64,000 nt of DNA from Eledone cirrhosa (taxonomy: Eukaryota), in the NCBI GenBank assembly GCA_964016885.1, contig OZ024753.1:34038001-34102000 (forward strand), in the 5' to 3' direction. A program made the position numbers and the translations under genes. Below are positions 16,225 to 29,880 of this stretch, one piece after another; the first letter of the stretch is position 1, and each line of letters begins with the position of its first letter. The notes beneath the pieces were generated by a model. It saw nothing but the letters and a program-made list of their open reading frames with translations. It was not told the origin of the DNA and ran no database searches.

Positions 16225-16550
16225 TCAAATGAAGCAACAACAAAAAAAGAAAGAGAAAAAAGGAAAAAAGAATGAAGCAACGAAGGAAGGGAAGAAAGGG
16301 AGAGACAGATTCTTCCCGAGTTTTAAGTGGTGATTCGGTCGTGTCCCGCAAAAGGAATGACGAAGGTATTGCCACGAAGAATTGCCAGCGAGACCCGCTA
16401 CCACTGCCACCCAGCCTCACAGGGCTCCTTCCTCAGGTGGGCCTCGGTCTTAATTTTGACAAGGAAATCGGCATTGTGGGGGCCAAGAACACCTGAGGTC
16501 CCGAGGGTGACCTCTACGAAAAGGAAGCGATCGGACAAGCCTCAGTATTT
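16225..16550 (-). mobile_element. 3' end of a CRE-like (restriction-like endonuclease) non-LTR retrotransposon
   Basis: Minus frame 16550-16356 reads KY*GLSDRFLFVEVTLGTSGVLGPHNADFLVKI..EPCEAGWQW*RVSLAILRGNTFVI, matching the CRE C-terminal ET.G..G and QR.S.AI.RGN motifs. Two stops split the frame, so it is absent from the ORF track. Confidence 0.75.
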
Positions 16551-17167
16551 GTTTAGAATTAACATTATGTTGTTAAGAGATTTATTACGGCTTTGACATC
16601 AAATGTCTTCTGCTATAAGAAAGAAAACTATGAGACTCATGTAAAGAATGTCCTACTTTATTGTAGTAAAATACTAAATTAGTAATTACGGCTCCCACAC
16701 AGACACACCGACAACTGAATGAGATCTATTGGATATGTTTTGTTGACAATACAATCCTAAGACATCGATGACATTGATTTGTGTGAAGTAGAGAGGATAT
16801 TTTGTTTGTATAGACATGTAACAAAAATTGATTTACATGCTTGGAGAAAACAAACGTCAAAAGTTAATCCTGGAGAGTGTATTTAACAAAACATTACAAA
16901 TAGCAGATTATGGTGTCTAAATTAGGTTTTAGTTCGCTAGGTTTCATAGAGTAATTGGTGAAGAATGAACATGACTGGAAAGTTGGTGTGTTACGTCCAT
17001 ATCCAACCCATGCTAACATAGACAAATGATGGGAAAAGGAGGAGGAAGAGGACGAAGGTGGGTTATATGCAGACCTACCAACCTCTAAAAACCCAGACGG
17101 GGAATACTATGAAACAAAGTGCCCCAAAACGGGGAGAAATGAGGCAAAAAGGGGAGATTTACATAAT

Positions 17168-17339
17168 TGTTTCTACTTTAGGCACAAGGCCAGCAAATTA
17201 CCCAGTGCATTACTGGTACTTTATTTATCGACCCCGTAGGCAAAGTCAACCTCGGCGGGATTTGAACTCAGATCGTAAAGGGACGTAACTATGCTGGAAA
17301 GCATGGCGTCCGACCCTCTACTGATACTGCCAATCCACC
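17168..17339 (-). mobile_element. tRNA-derived SINE, same family
   Basis: 14-bp TSD GAGATTTACATAAT; small internal deletion. Confidence 0.93.
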
Positions 17340-18769
17340 GAGATTTACATAATGAAAGCTATACCCATTTTCATAAGAAAAGAAATTTCTCATCCACTCC
17401 AAAGTGAGTGGGAGATCTCTTCGTCGGATAGGTAGAGTTTACAGGTCTGCAGGCGACAACAGTGGGTTATATGATAAGCATGTGGAAGGTGGTAATACTG
17501 ATGTTTATCAACATTGCTGTGTAGGTGACTATTTATTAATATATGTGTTCGGCGTATTTTGGTTAAAGTAAGAATTGTTCATTGTAAAAATGTGAAAGTA
17601 TATTCAAAATCCAACGGTAAATACATGAAACTGCACAAATGAATACAAGGAAGTCTCTGTGTTTAGAACCGAAGTTTATGAACAATAAGTCGTGGTAAAC
17701 TAAATATTCTTCATGTATTCTCATAATATTTAATTGAGAAACTGTTCACCGTTATCTCAAAATACATCTGCCTGAAGGCAATTTCTGTTTGTTAGCGTCA
17801 GAACACGCTCTGTCAATAAACCAGGTGGTATTGTTTCTATTAACTAATTCTATAATTAAACACAAACTAATTCAGTCTTTTCCTTGCACAAACAATTCAG
17901 GCTCTGAACAATGTTAATGCTTCGAGATTCTCTAATTGAAATGAATAAATATGTAATATCTTCAATTAGCATGTAACTGTTAAGTCAATTGTTTTCATTT
18001 ATGATATTATGCGACTTTACAAATATACTCTTTATCCAACATATCCACGCAAGAAGAAATTAGTTTCTTCGGTATGCCTGCTGATTGTTTACTTCTAAAA
18101 CTACGTGTTTATGAATTATTACCAGGAAAGATTGAAAAGCAGGATTTGTTTCGTAATATTTTTTATGTTATAATATATATAGGAAACTACTCTATTGAAG
18201 ATATTATACGATGCGCGGTTTTCTGGTTACTTGATAAATCAAAAACGAAATACAAATACACTAACACATACAACTTCTTTAATAATCGGTAACTATAATA
18301 TTTAGTATCAAACAATACATGAAAGTTATGACCACGTAGTACAAAAACATTTCCTTTAGCATTCATTTATTAATCTTTGATTAACATTAAGTCAAATATT
18401 TCTTCAGCTTCTATAACAGATTGTGACGGGAATGTATAAATACCTACTTGTTTTCAGATGTTTACGCTGGTCCTCCCACCCATTTCAACACAGAGATGAT
18501 AGTATTCTATTCATAAAGCATTAAGTGTATAGCTTGAAGGTTTTATTTACACGTACATTCTTCAGAAATTCAATATGTTGTTATTGTATGAAAATAATTC
18601 CTCTTCATTGTTAGCAATAAGTCAAACGCAGAAAGGTATATTGCTGAAGCGATTTTAAATACAACATTTACAAAAAAGGAAATATTTACCTATTGTACAC
18701 CTCTAAAAAGAATGTAGACACATTCACGCATACACACACAAACACACACATATTTTTTTTTTTTTTTGG

Positions 18770-18978
18770 AGCGATCGACTTTCGTCAAATCGGACCGAGG
18801 AAACAATGTTTCCGTTGGTCTTTCCAGTTGCTAATACTATCTATCGGTCGCAACTCCAGGTAGAAGGAGCAACGTGAAATAAAGTGTCTTGCTCAAGGAC
18901 ACAACGCATCGCCTCGTCCAGAAATCGAACTCACAACCTCAAGATTGTGAATCCAATTCTCTAACCACTCAGCCACAC
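18770..18978 (-). mobile_element. tRNA-headed CORE-like SINE
   Basis: Minus strand GTGGCTGAGTGGTTAG..GAGTTCGATTTC..TGTGTCCTTGAGCAAGACACTTTATTTCACG; related pieces at ~25325-25395, ~47095-47195 and ~56100-56190. Confidence 0.8.
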
Positions 18979-20282
18979 ACACATATATACATATATATAT
19001 ATATATATCCATTCCCAATACATAAATAGGATTTTGATCGCAGTAACCTACAAAAGCTGATGAGCTCAATGTTTATATAGGTCGATCTATTCATTTTCTT
19101 ACGGCATGGCTACGATGTTTCAGCAAAGTGTGTGTTCGCTAATCTTCAAAAAAGTATTGGTTTTCTGGAGAATTCTGTGAAAACAACTAAAAGATTATAA
19201 TGGAAACTTTACCACTATCAATGACAACTTTCTACATGAATATAGTGAATGTGTTAAAATACTTTCCCACCTGGTTTTCATAACATGAACATAACCTAGT
19301 CTAATACAGGACAAAACCTAACTGAGTTTATAGATATTTTTTTGTTGATTTTTCTATTGGTTTATTCAAGAGAGCAAGAACGACTCCCTTCACCTTCTTC
19401 GGGGTCTTCGAGATTGATAGAAGAAATGAGAGAAACTATCCACAGACCAGAGACTTAGTCTTAATACTAGAAACAGAATGTATTCCGCTACACAATTCAA
19501 ATTTCACGAAAACACTCTTTATCTAGGAAGTTTCCTTTATATTTGGCATCGCTAGATAACATTAAACAGTGACTCTTTCGATTGACATGTCTAACAATCT
19601 TGCCAAATAAATCTAAATAATTCTTCAATAAAACTTTGAATATAATTAAAGAGTTGAAACGATATTTCTTCTTTTCTAGAATACGAAGAATGTATTACAT
19701 CAACCGTCTGAATTGAATAATGTTTTAACAACTAAAGTTCATTAAAATAAACTTACAATCACTATCATCGCTATATATACGTAACTAAGACAATGTTTCA
19801 TCTTATAAACGTAACTTTCTGATTGATCAATTGAACATCAGTAAAAGTATTAACACACCACTAAGTGAAAACATTCCCATTTACACACACACATACAAAC
19901 ACACAAACACATACCAACACCCATGCACACATACATACACATTTATAATTAATTGATAGATATGATCAAATGAAAAGACACTGCCAATTATATAGATATT
20001 TTAATGGAATCTATTGTTATAGCAAATGTAAATCAATAAAAAGATCAAGGTAAGATTAAACGAACAAATCACCTGAAGGGCATGAACATATATTTATAAT
20101 AATAATAATAATTATTATTATTATTATTATAATATATCTATCTCTGCCTTTCTTTGTTTCCATTTTTATAATATATACATCTACATATGTACACGCATAT
20201 TCATATATATTGTATATAACTATATGAATATATATATAATTATGCAATTATATACATATATATTCAAATATATATATGTATA

Positions 20283-20401
<119 letters not shown>

Positions 20402-20909
20402 TTATATATACATTCCTGTATACGTTTGTAAATCTCTACTGCAGTGTGCTATTTTCTATTTTTTCGTTATTTTAACATCTGTAAATACATTAACTATTTT
20501 ATCCTTATATCATGACTTATATCAAATTATTTTAGTTATTTAATATTATAATTAAATGTAGCAAATATGCGTTTGATTTCATTTTTACTTTTTCGTTATT
20601 TCTGTTTAGTATTAAACCCAACTGATTTATCTTACATCAATGCTAACACAACACACTAATTAAACAATTTGTTTATGTTTTAGTTTACTAATTCTTTTAT
20701 CAAATTAACCCTATACTTACTTCCTGGTTATTATATGAAGGTAATACGTATATGCTATCAGATAATGATATTAAAAAATCCAAATACTTTTCAAAGAAAG
20801 TTACGTCGCAGTCGTACGCTGCTCAAATGTATTTAATAGTGTTTAAATTGTGTCTCATGAGTTTCGGTAAATGGCGTTCCTCAGTAATATTATTATTAAT
20901 CTATTAATC

Positions 20910-21096
20910 AGGGCGGTGGATTGGCAGTATCGGTAGAGGGTCGGACGCCATGCTTTGACGCATTGAGTTACGGCCCTTTCCATTCTGAGTTCAAATCCCG
21001 CCGAGGTTAACTTTGCCTTTCATCCTTACGGGTCGATAAAATAAAGTACTAGTAATACACTGGGTAATTGCTGGCCTTGTGCCAAAAGTAGAAACA
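20910..21096 (+). mobile_element. tRNA-derived SINE, same family
   Basis: Full length; ATTATTATTAATCTAT repeated on both flanks. Confidence 0.93.
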
Positions 21097-22192
21097 ATTA
21101 TTATTAATCTATGTTAATCTCTTTGCTCATAGTATATTACATACATTTTTGTATCTATATCATGAATACCATGCGATCAATAGTCATACCATCCGTATCA
21201 GGTGTCTCCAACTTGCAGGTAACAAAAGGCCATGATTCGTCTCAGAAAATTACACATTGTATAATGTGGTCCTGTGTTTTATGTTCATAGGAAAAGAACG
21301 GGATGGTTATGACTGGAATGTCTTTCATCCTAGCTCTGCTAGACCAGAGCTTACTTGGGAATAAACAATACTAACATCAATATAAAACTGACAGTTGTCA
21401 GTGATGGGACTTGTAATTCGGAACTGTAAAGTAAGGATAACAAAGTTGTTAGATTGTTACCCTGAAGGTACCTTATTAGTCTTTGATATTTACGTGATAA
21501 AATTCTTTAGTCAAAAGAAAATTTGAGGAAACTAATTCGGATCGGGAAACCTTATGTTCTTCTGATGCTGAACACCTTGTTATATTCACAAATTTTAAAA
21601 CACATAGATGAATCATGCTTCGATATGGCATTGTCAAACAACAATCTTTTTACAAGACATTAGCTTGTTGCTGTTTTCTTTGTGTTTGGTGTTCATAGCA
21701 AAGAATAGGATATTGATAAATTGAACAAATATTTTTCTATAGAGTAAATATTTGTCGTTTTGCCATCAGACGAAATAAATCTGTAACCATCTTTAACAAA
21801 TAACTGAAATACCGTTATTACGTTGCCGTCTTCTGACCAAATCGTTGATGATTAAATGAGGATTGGTAGTGAAAATACTTTTCTACTTTTCTTGGTTATG
21901 TCATTCAAATGATAACATTTGTTTGAACTGCAACAAGTCTATATAAACGGTATGTCAGACTGAGATTACAGAAAAGTGACTTTCAGGGATTTCCTACAGT
22001 TTGGAGTGGTTAAAAAGAATTACAAAAATGTAAATAGGAAAGAGGAAGCGATTATCTAAATCTACTCTTGAATACAATGACAGCTGTCACTATGTACCCT
22101 AAATACGCCTCCTGCTACCTCTAGCAATGCCAGTTTGAACGTTGATTTGATTGGTTTCACTGAGATGAACTCAAAATTCTGTCGATCATTAA

Positions 22193-22315
22193 ATTGGATG
22201 TAAAAGTATGAAGATGGGAAAGGTTCGCTTGACACAGTGTATATATATAGGTATATATATATATATATATAATTATGTATGTATGTGTATGTATGGATAT
22301 GTCCATATATGTATG

Positions 22316-22388
<73 letters not shown>

Positions 22389-22650
22389 GCATATATATAT
22401 GCATATGTATATACATATATATATATACATATACAAATATTGGATGTAAAAGTATGAAGATGGGAAAGGTTCGCTTGACACAGTATATATATATAGGTAT
22501 ATATATATATATATATAATTATGTATGTATGTGTACGTATGGATATGTCTATATATGTATGTATATGTATATATATATATATATATATATGCATATATAT
22601 ATATATATGCATATGTATATACATATATATACATACATATACATATATAC
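22193..22650. repeat. ~246-bp tandem duplication of unique plus microsatellite DNA
   Basis: ATTGGATGTAAAAGTATGAAGATGGGAAAGGTTCGCTTGACACAGT at 22193 and 22439, each followed by the same variant TA tract. Confidence 0.9.
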
Positions 22651-22679
22651 ATATATACACATATACACATATACATATA

Positions 22680-22789
<110 letters not shown>

Positions 22790-22865
22790 TATATGTATAT
22801 ATATATATATATGAGGTAGGCAGACAGATGGATAAGTATAGATATATACAACTAGATAAATATAG

Positions 22866-22911
<46 letters not shown>

Positions 22912-23341
22912 GACAAAGATAATGGAAAAGCAACGGATACATATATATGTATCCGTTGCTTTTCCATTATCTCTACACCCCCATATTTTATACATACACA
23001 TATATAGATATAGATATACATATAAATATAAATACATATGATCTATACATATAAATACATATGATCTAAAGCGTTTTAGATCATAGATAAACTGTAGCTT
23101 TGAGAGACTAAAGTCAAACTATTTTCGAGGCTTATACAAATAACATATGCTGGTTGTCAAATTACAATACCAATGTAAACATAAAATATATGATGATAGA
23201 TTATGGCATCCATTGTTGTAGTAATGATGTGGGTGATAGAGATGGTGGTCGTTGTTGTCATCCTAACACCAGCAGCACTTGTAATCATATTTTTTTTCAT
23301 CTGACAATGTTACAAAGCGTGTAGCCTGTGATTGCAACAGC

Positions 23342-24232
<891 letters not shown>

Positions 24233-24305
24233 GCCTCCTTAGATTAAGTGTTAGTCAATGGAACAAGTTAAGCTGTGTAAACGTAAATACAGACAGACAC
24301 ACACA

Positions 24306-24343
<38 letters not shown>

Positions 24344-24509
24344 TACACACACATACACAAAGAGAGACACGCATATATACACAAGGTATATAATCCTACC
24401 TACAAAAGACTACTAATTCGTCGAATAAAAAGACGGATAAATTGATGGAAAGTTGATGCATAAAATTGATTAAACGACAGACAGACAGACATATAGTCAA
24501 ACAAATAGG

Positions 24510-24577
<68 letters not shown>

Positions 24578-24670
24578 GACAGACAGATACGTACATGCAA
24601 GTATGCATACATGCACACATACATACATACATACATACATACATACATACATACATACATACATACACAC
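24510..24670. repeat. (TAGA)n and (CATA)n microsatellites
   Basis: Direct reading. Confidence 0.97.
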
Positions 24671-27600
24671 ATAAATACGTACACTCATCGATAGTTATAC
24701 ACATGCATTCGGAGGTATTCTACAATCAAAAAATCATCATAAACGGGATATTAACCAATATCGATTTTCATCGTTTTTATACATGAAATCAATTTTGCTA
24801 GCTCCTCTATGTGCTGTCCCATTAAAATATTTTAGTAATTATGGCTCCAGTCTGTCTCACTTATTAGCTTGGACTTCGAATAGAAATTTACACACTTCAA
24901 TGGGTTTTTTTTTTCCTTGTTAAGTGATGGCGAATTAAAGGTGTTGATATTGTGGTAGAAATAGACGTTACCATAGAATATATTTCTATATCATCGTCAA
25001 CATCGTATGTATTCAGAGCGTTAGCTAAAATTTATAGATATATTCTGTGGTACACTGTAGTAATGAAATAAAATACTGTTAACACATCAGTGATTTATTA
25101 TTTACAGAGTCTAGTCTGTACTTTCATGCCTATTTTCTGATTACTAACGTGTTATATTTCTAAAAAGTAAATTTCGGGTGATATCATGAAATAGCTGTGA
25201 TACAAAGATGTGTTCTTTAACCGGAGAATCTTTGTTTAAATTCTAGTTGGGACTTTTACAGATCTCATATTAGATATTCTCTTAATTATCTCACGTTTAA
25301 GACAGAAGAAAGGAACTGATCATAAATTCAGACCAAGGAAACAATGTTTCCATTGGTCTTTCAATTCCTGATACTATCTGCCAGGTGCAACTCTTGGCAG
25401 AAAAAAATGTGTTGATCATTAGATCAGAGCAAGGAAACAATGAAATAGTGGGACAATATTATGAGTTAGGAAAATATGTAACAATATTAAAGATTATTGT
25501 TTGCTGTCAATAGAGAACAACTTTGTATGACGATGGTGACAAAGTGGGTTAATTAAACGGTTGGGTAGAGATGAAATTATGCTGGTAATATAAATAACAA
25601 CGATGATACTTTGCCTCGAGTGGAAATTGCAGAAGCACAATAATGTTGTTGTAAGTACTTTTTCCTGGTGGGGAAACCAGAGCCTTCGCTTTGGTTGGAA
25701 TCTTTCCGCATGTTAACATGTATCTTCAGGTTAAAACCAATTGGCTCCTAAGTCTATACATGTGATGTTCTTTCTATTTCTATTGTCCTCCATATTATTT
25801 CTCCTTCACTTGTTTACCTTATTTCTGTGATATTTGATTTGTGAGTGTTTTTTTATGTTCCCAGCATCTATAAATGTCTAACATTTAGATATTTTCTATA
25901 TTTGTTTCCTCATATTTCCTCAGCTTATTTCTGTGTACTTTTGTTTCTAAATATGTTATTGCAATATTAGGATTGGACTCATGTACGACGGCGCTTTAAG
26001 ATTTCAGCATTTGCTGTCACCTACACAGTAAAGCAATTTTTTTTTTTTTTTCGTTTCTATAAGCTGATGCTGAAGTTAGATTTTGATTTTATACTTTGCT
26101 ACTTTACATTCTACTTTGTCTCTGCCTTTTTTTTATCATTTCACATATTCCTTAATCTCTTCTACTTTGGTTGTGTGTGATTGGTTTCTTCGTTTACTTG
26201 TTAATTATTTTTCCTTCCTGAGTTACATTTAGCGTTAACTATACGCTTGTGAAATTTATTGATTTTTATCAGTTGCATTTGTTTCAATTCGTTACCTTAC
26301 TGTTATACTTATTTCTTTACTTTTTTTAATCCAGTAAATCTTCAAAAAAATGTTTTATTCAATAGAAACGTCTCCTGATTTGGTCAATCTTGCATAGGAA
26401 TCTATTTTCTTGCGTCAAATTTCCTTTTAGAATATTTTATCAAAGCCTTTTACTTATTTGTGTGACTTTTTCTATGTATTTCTATAGTAATAAGTTTATA
26501 ATGCTATTAATACAGATTCTTCAATGTTTCTCAGTTATTAAGGCCATGTTCAGTTTTAATATGAGTTTAGATATATGCATTTGTATTGATCGTTAGTTCA
26601 GCTTCTAATAGTTCATTGATTTTTCTTAATATTTTCATTGAATGTAATAAACTTATCCTTTAAATGTGGATTTTTAATTTTTTATTCTGTTCTATTTTAT
26701 GACATATATAGAATAAATATATTCCATGAACATGTTAATTTAATTTTACAAAATAATGTAGCAAATGTTTGCTATAATCGTCGGTGTTGTTTTTGCTATA
26801 GTTAAGATTATTGTTGTCGATGCTCAGCTTCAGGTCAATCGTGATGAAGCAGATATCTGTTTCGATGGGCTAATCACTAGTACATTGCACTCCTGGCGGC
26901 AACAATGACTAGTGAGTGTCTGTAGCTCGAAACTGTCTGCAAGATACTCAGCCACTTTACACGCTAATACGATGAAGGGGTTGTTCAGTTGATCAAACAA
27001 CTTCAATACTCATCATCAGAATTGACGGGAGATCCATTTATGTATGTAATTATGTAACAAAGTAAAACTAACTAATTTATCTATTATTGTAATTTCTTTA
27101 CTAAAAAGGAAAATTTCCATTTGCAATAAATGTTGAGAAATTACTGTGAAAACAGAAAATGTTTCCAATGTTTACGCTACAAGTGTTCACTTCGATTAAA
27201 TGTCGAGAAATATTTTCCTTCGCCCTTTATTTCAGACATTCGCACTTAAAAGGTTAAGAAAGTAAAATAAGGATGTTTTGTACTTGTTTGCATGTTAAAG
27301 GAAATTTTACACAAGCCTGTATCTGAAAGGAATTGTGTAAATGCAGTCATAGAATAAACATATGTTGAATGTGTAAACATAAGTATTTGTGCAAGGAAAG
27401 GAAATATTTGAAAGTAAGTGACATATTTGATTGTGTATGGATTAGAACTATATGCATAAGACTTTTAGGGGATGACAATAGGAAGTGAATTACGAGATAC
27501 GAAAATACAGAAGACAATTTAACACTATAAACTGGGTTAATATAGAAACATTCTAAATAATAAATGTTACTGAGGAGGGAGTCAAACATAGACTACGATG

Positions 27601-28426
27601 AAAAAATGAATATTATGGCTATTGAAGAATGAGTTGGCAGAAATACTTATTGAAGTGATAGTTGTGGTGAAAATGCTAATGCTGGTTACAATTTTAGTCT
27701 GGATTTTGTTAGTGAAATCCTGGTGGATATTACTCCTGGTGGATATTTTAAAGCAATAATATAATTTTCGTTCATATTTCATATATTTACTTTAGGGATG
27801 TCTAAAATGCGTTCAATTTTTTTTTCTTATTTCCTTATAGTATTTGAAGTAGATGTAATTTGATAAATCACATTGATGTAAAAACTTGAAAAGAATAAAA
27901 TCATATACAAACTAAGAAACATGATTTATGAAATAGAAAAAGCAAACAGATTTTTTTTTAAGAACATAATGTAGCTTAAGATTACAGCAATTGCGCAGAA
28001 CAAAATAATTGAAAACAAGTATAATGAAGTTTAAACACAACACAATCTACTTTGCGTCAAGCCTCAAGTAATTTATCTTAAATATGTAAAGAACTACACT
28101 CAGAGTATAAAACTGTTTTTAACCCATTAACGTCTTTATGGGAAGTATTTTATGGTTTGCTAAAAGCTTAAAGTGTTTTACAGAACAAGAAATTATGGAC
28201 TTTATGATACAATATTTCTTATTTTTTCCACAATATATAATGAGACTGGTGTAAAGATGCTTATATCGATAGCTTTCACCAGTTCCCTTACTACTGTATA
28301 CGTATATCACTGGATGGATAAACAAATTTGTTATCTATCTCCCTCGTGCAATAGTTTTCTTACTATTTCCAATATACTCTAAATGGAAGAGAAGTAAAAC
28401 TAATGTATATATATATTTATGTATGC

Positions 28427-28565
<139 letters not shown>

Positions 28566-29030
28566 GGTTGTGTGTTTAGTAACATCTGACATTTATAACA
28601 CAGTAAAGTTTTGGTAACCTTGGGGAGATAATGCAAACATACTATTACATATCACTCGAAACTAGAAATTACTATTACTAGAAACAGTGCTAGACAAGCG
28701 GATATAATGAAATGAATACTTATACACTACTGTTCCTAGATTCGTGGAACCGGAATAGATAAAAGGTATCTTCGACCGCAGCTAGATGTAGTTACGTTCA
28801 AATATGTTGAAGTAGTGATAAACGAACTACTTTCTAAAATACATATCATAAATTAAGCAAATTGCTTGAGTTGCTAGAACGTTAGATAGAATTACAGGCG
28901 GTATTTATATCTGATTTTTATGTTCAAATCCCGTCGAGGTTAATTTTGATTTTCATCAATTCTGGGTCGAAAAATACTGTATTATTCCTGCAGTGGAATC
29001 GATCCTTCTTTTTTGAATAAAGTTCTTTAG

Positions 29031-29190
29031 AAAATATCGGTTGTGGTTAGACCTGAAGAGACATTGGTTCCACTAGGTTTAGATGCCCAGACATCCAGAC
29101 ATGCAGTATGTCCGGACGATGACATTCCACAACTCCTTGTAGAGATGGAGGAATACATAGTAAAAACATATCTTACAAAGGTTAAGGCGA
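29031..29190 (+). mobile_element. Probable highly decayed mariner transposase relic
   Basis: Across frameshifts: HWFH/RFR..SGR/DDDIPQLLVE, the motif order of the mariner HTH linker (WF.RFR.GD..SGRP..DDD.L..LVE). Confidence 0.4.
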
Positions 29191-29846
29191 CTACTTTAAT
29201 ACTTATCAATGATTTATTTTCATTTCAAATATCCATCAAATATTTCCCGGGAGAACTGAAGAAGTTATTTTTGTCTTCCTGTTATTATTTTGCAAACGCT
29301 TAGACAAAACAATCATCAGTTCCGAAAGAAACCTATATGAATGAGTAAATCAATCGAATTTTATATTCTTTATTATAAAGAAGATTATGATGGGTTGATG
29401 GGTTTCACAGAGCTTTTTACTTTATTAAGTATTGCTTGAATACAATTTTCTTGTTTCTTTACCGGAACAATTCAATATTCTTCTCAAAACTGCCAAGACA
29501 CCCAGGATTCCATGACTTCGATGAAAGTGAGTTTTGTTCGTTTTTGGCTTGTTTGTGTGTTTTGTTTGTTTTTGTTTTCTATTAAGGGTGAAACAAAATA
29601 AACATAATAAATATCCGAAGAATAAAAATAAGTAAATCAATAAGAGAAGATTAAATATTGGTTTCCTTCGTGCAATAATGTCTGTGACTCATTTACATAA
29701 GAGCTATTGGATTTTAGTGGCACACAAGTGTCTTTGCTGCGTTGGATGGTTTTTTATTGGCAATACTGGCAAACTTGCTTTAAAATGGTTCTTCTTCTGC
29801 AGAACTAAATGGTCAATTTTAGTTTTCAAGAAATAGTTATTTTATT

Positions 29847-29880
<34 letters not shown>

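Noticed and set aside
21420-22190. Possible decayed hAT transposase, or a minus-strand exon at 22062-22238
   Set aside because: Only vague motif hints, many stops, and no TIRs or convincing splice pair.
29031-29526. Two apparent phase-compatible exons (29031-29180 and 29430-29526)
   Set aside because: AG/GT boundaries exist, but motifs spread over three frames fit a decayed mariner HTH region better. Not fully excluded without RNA-seq.
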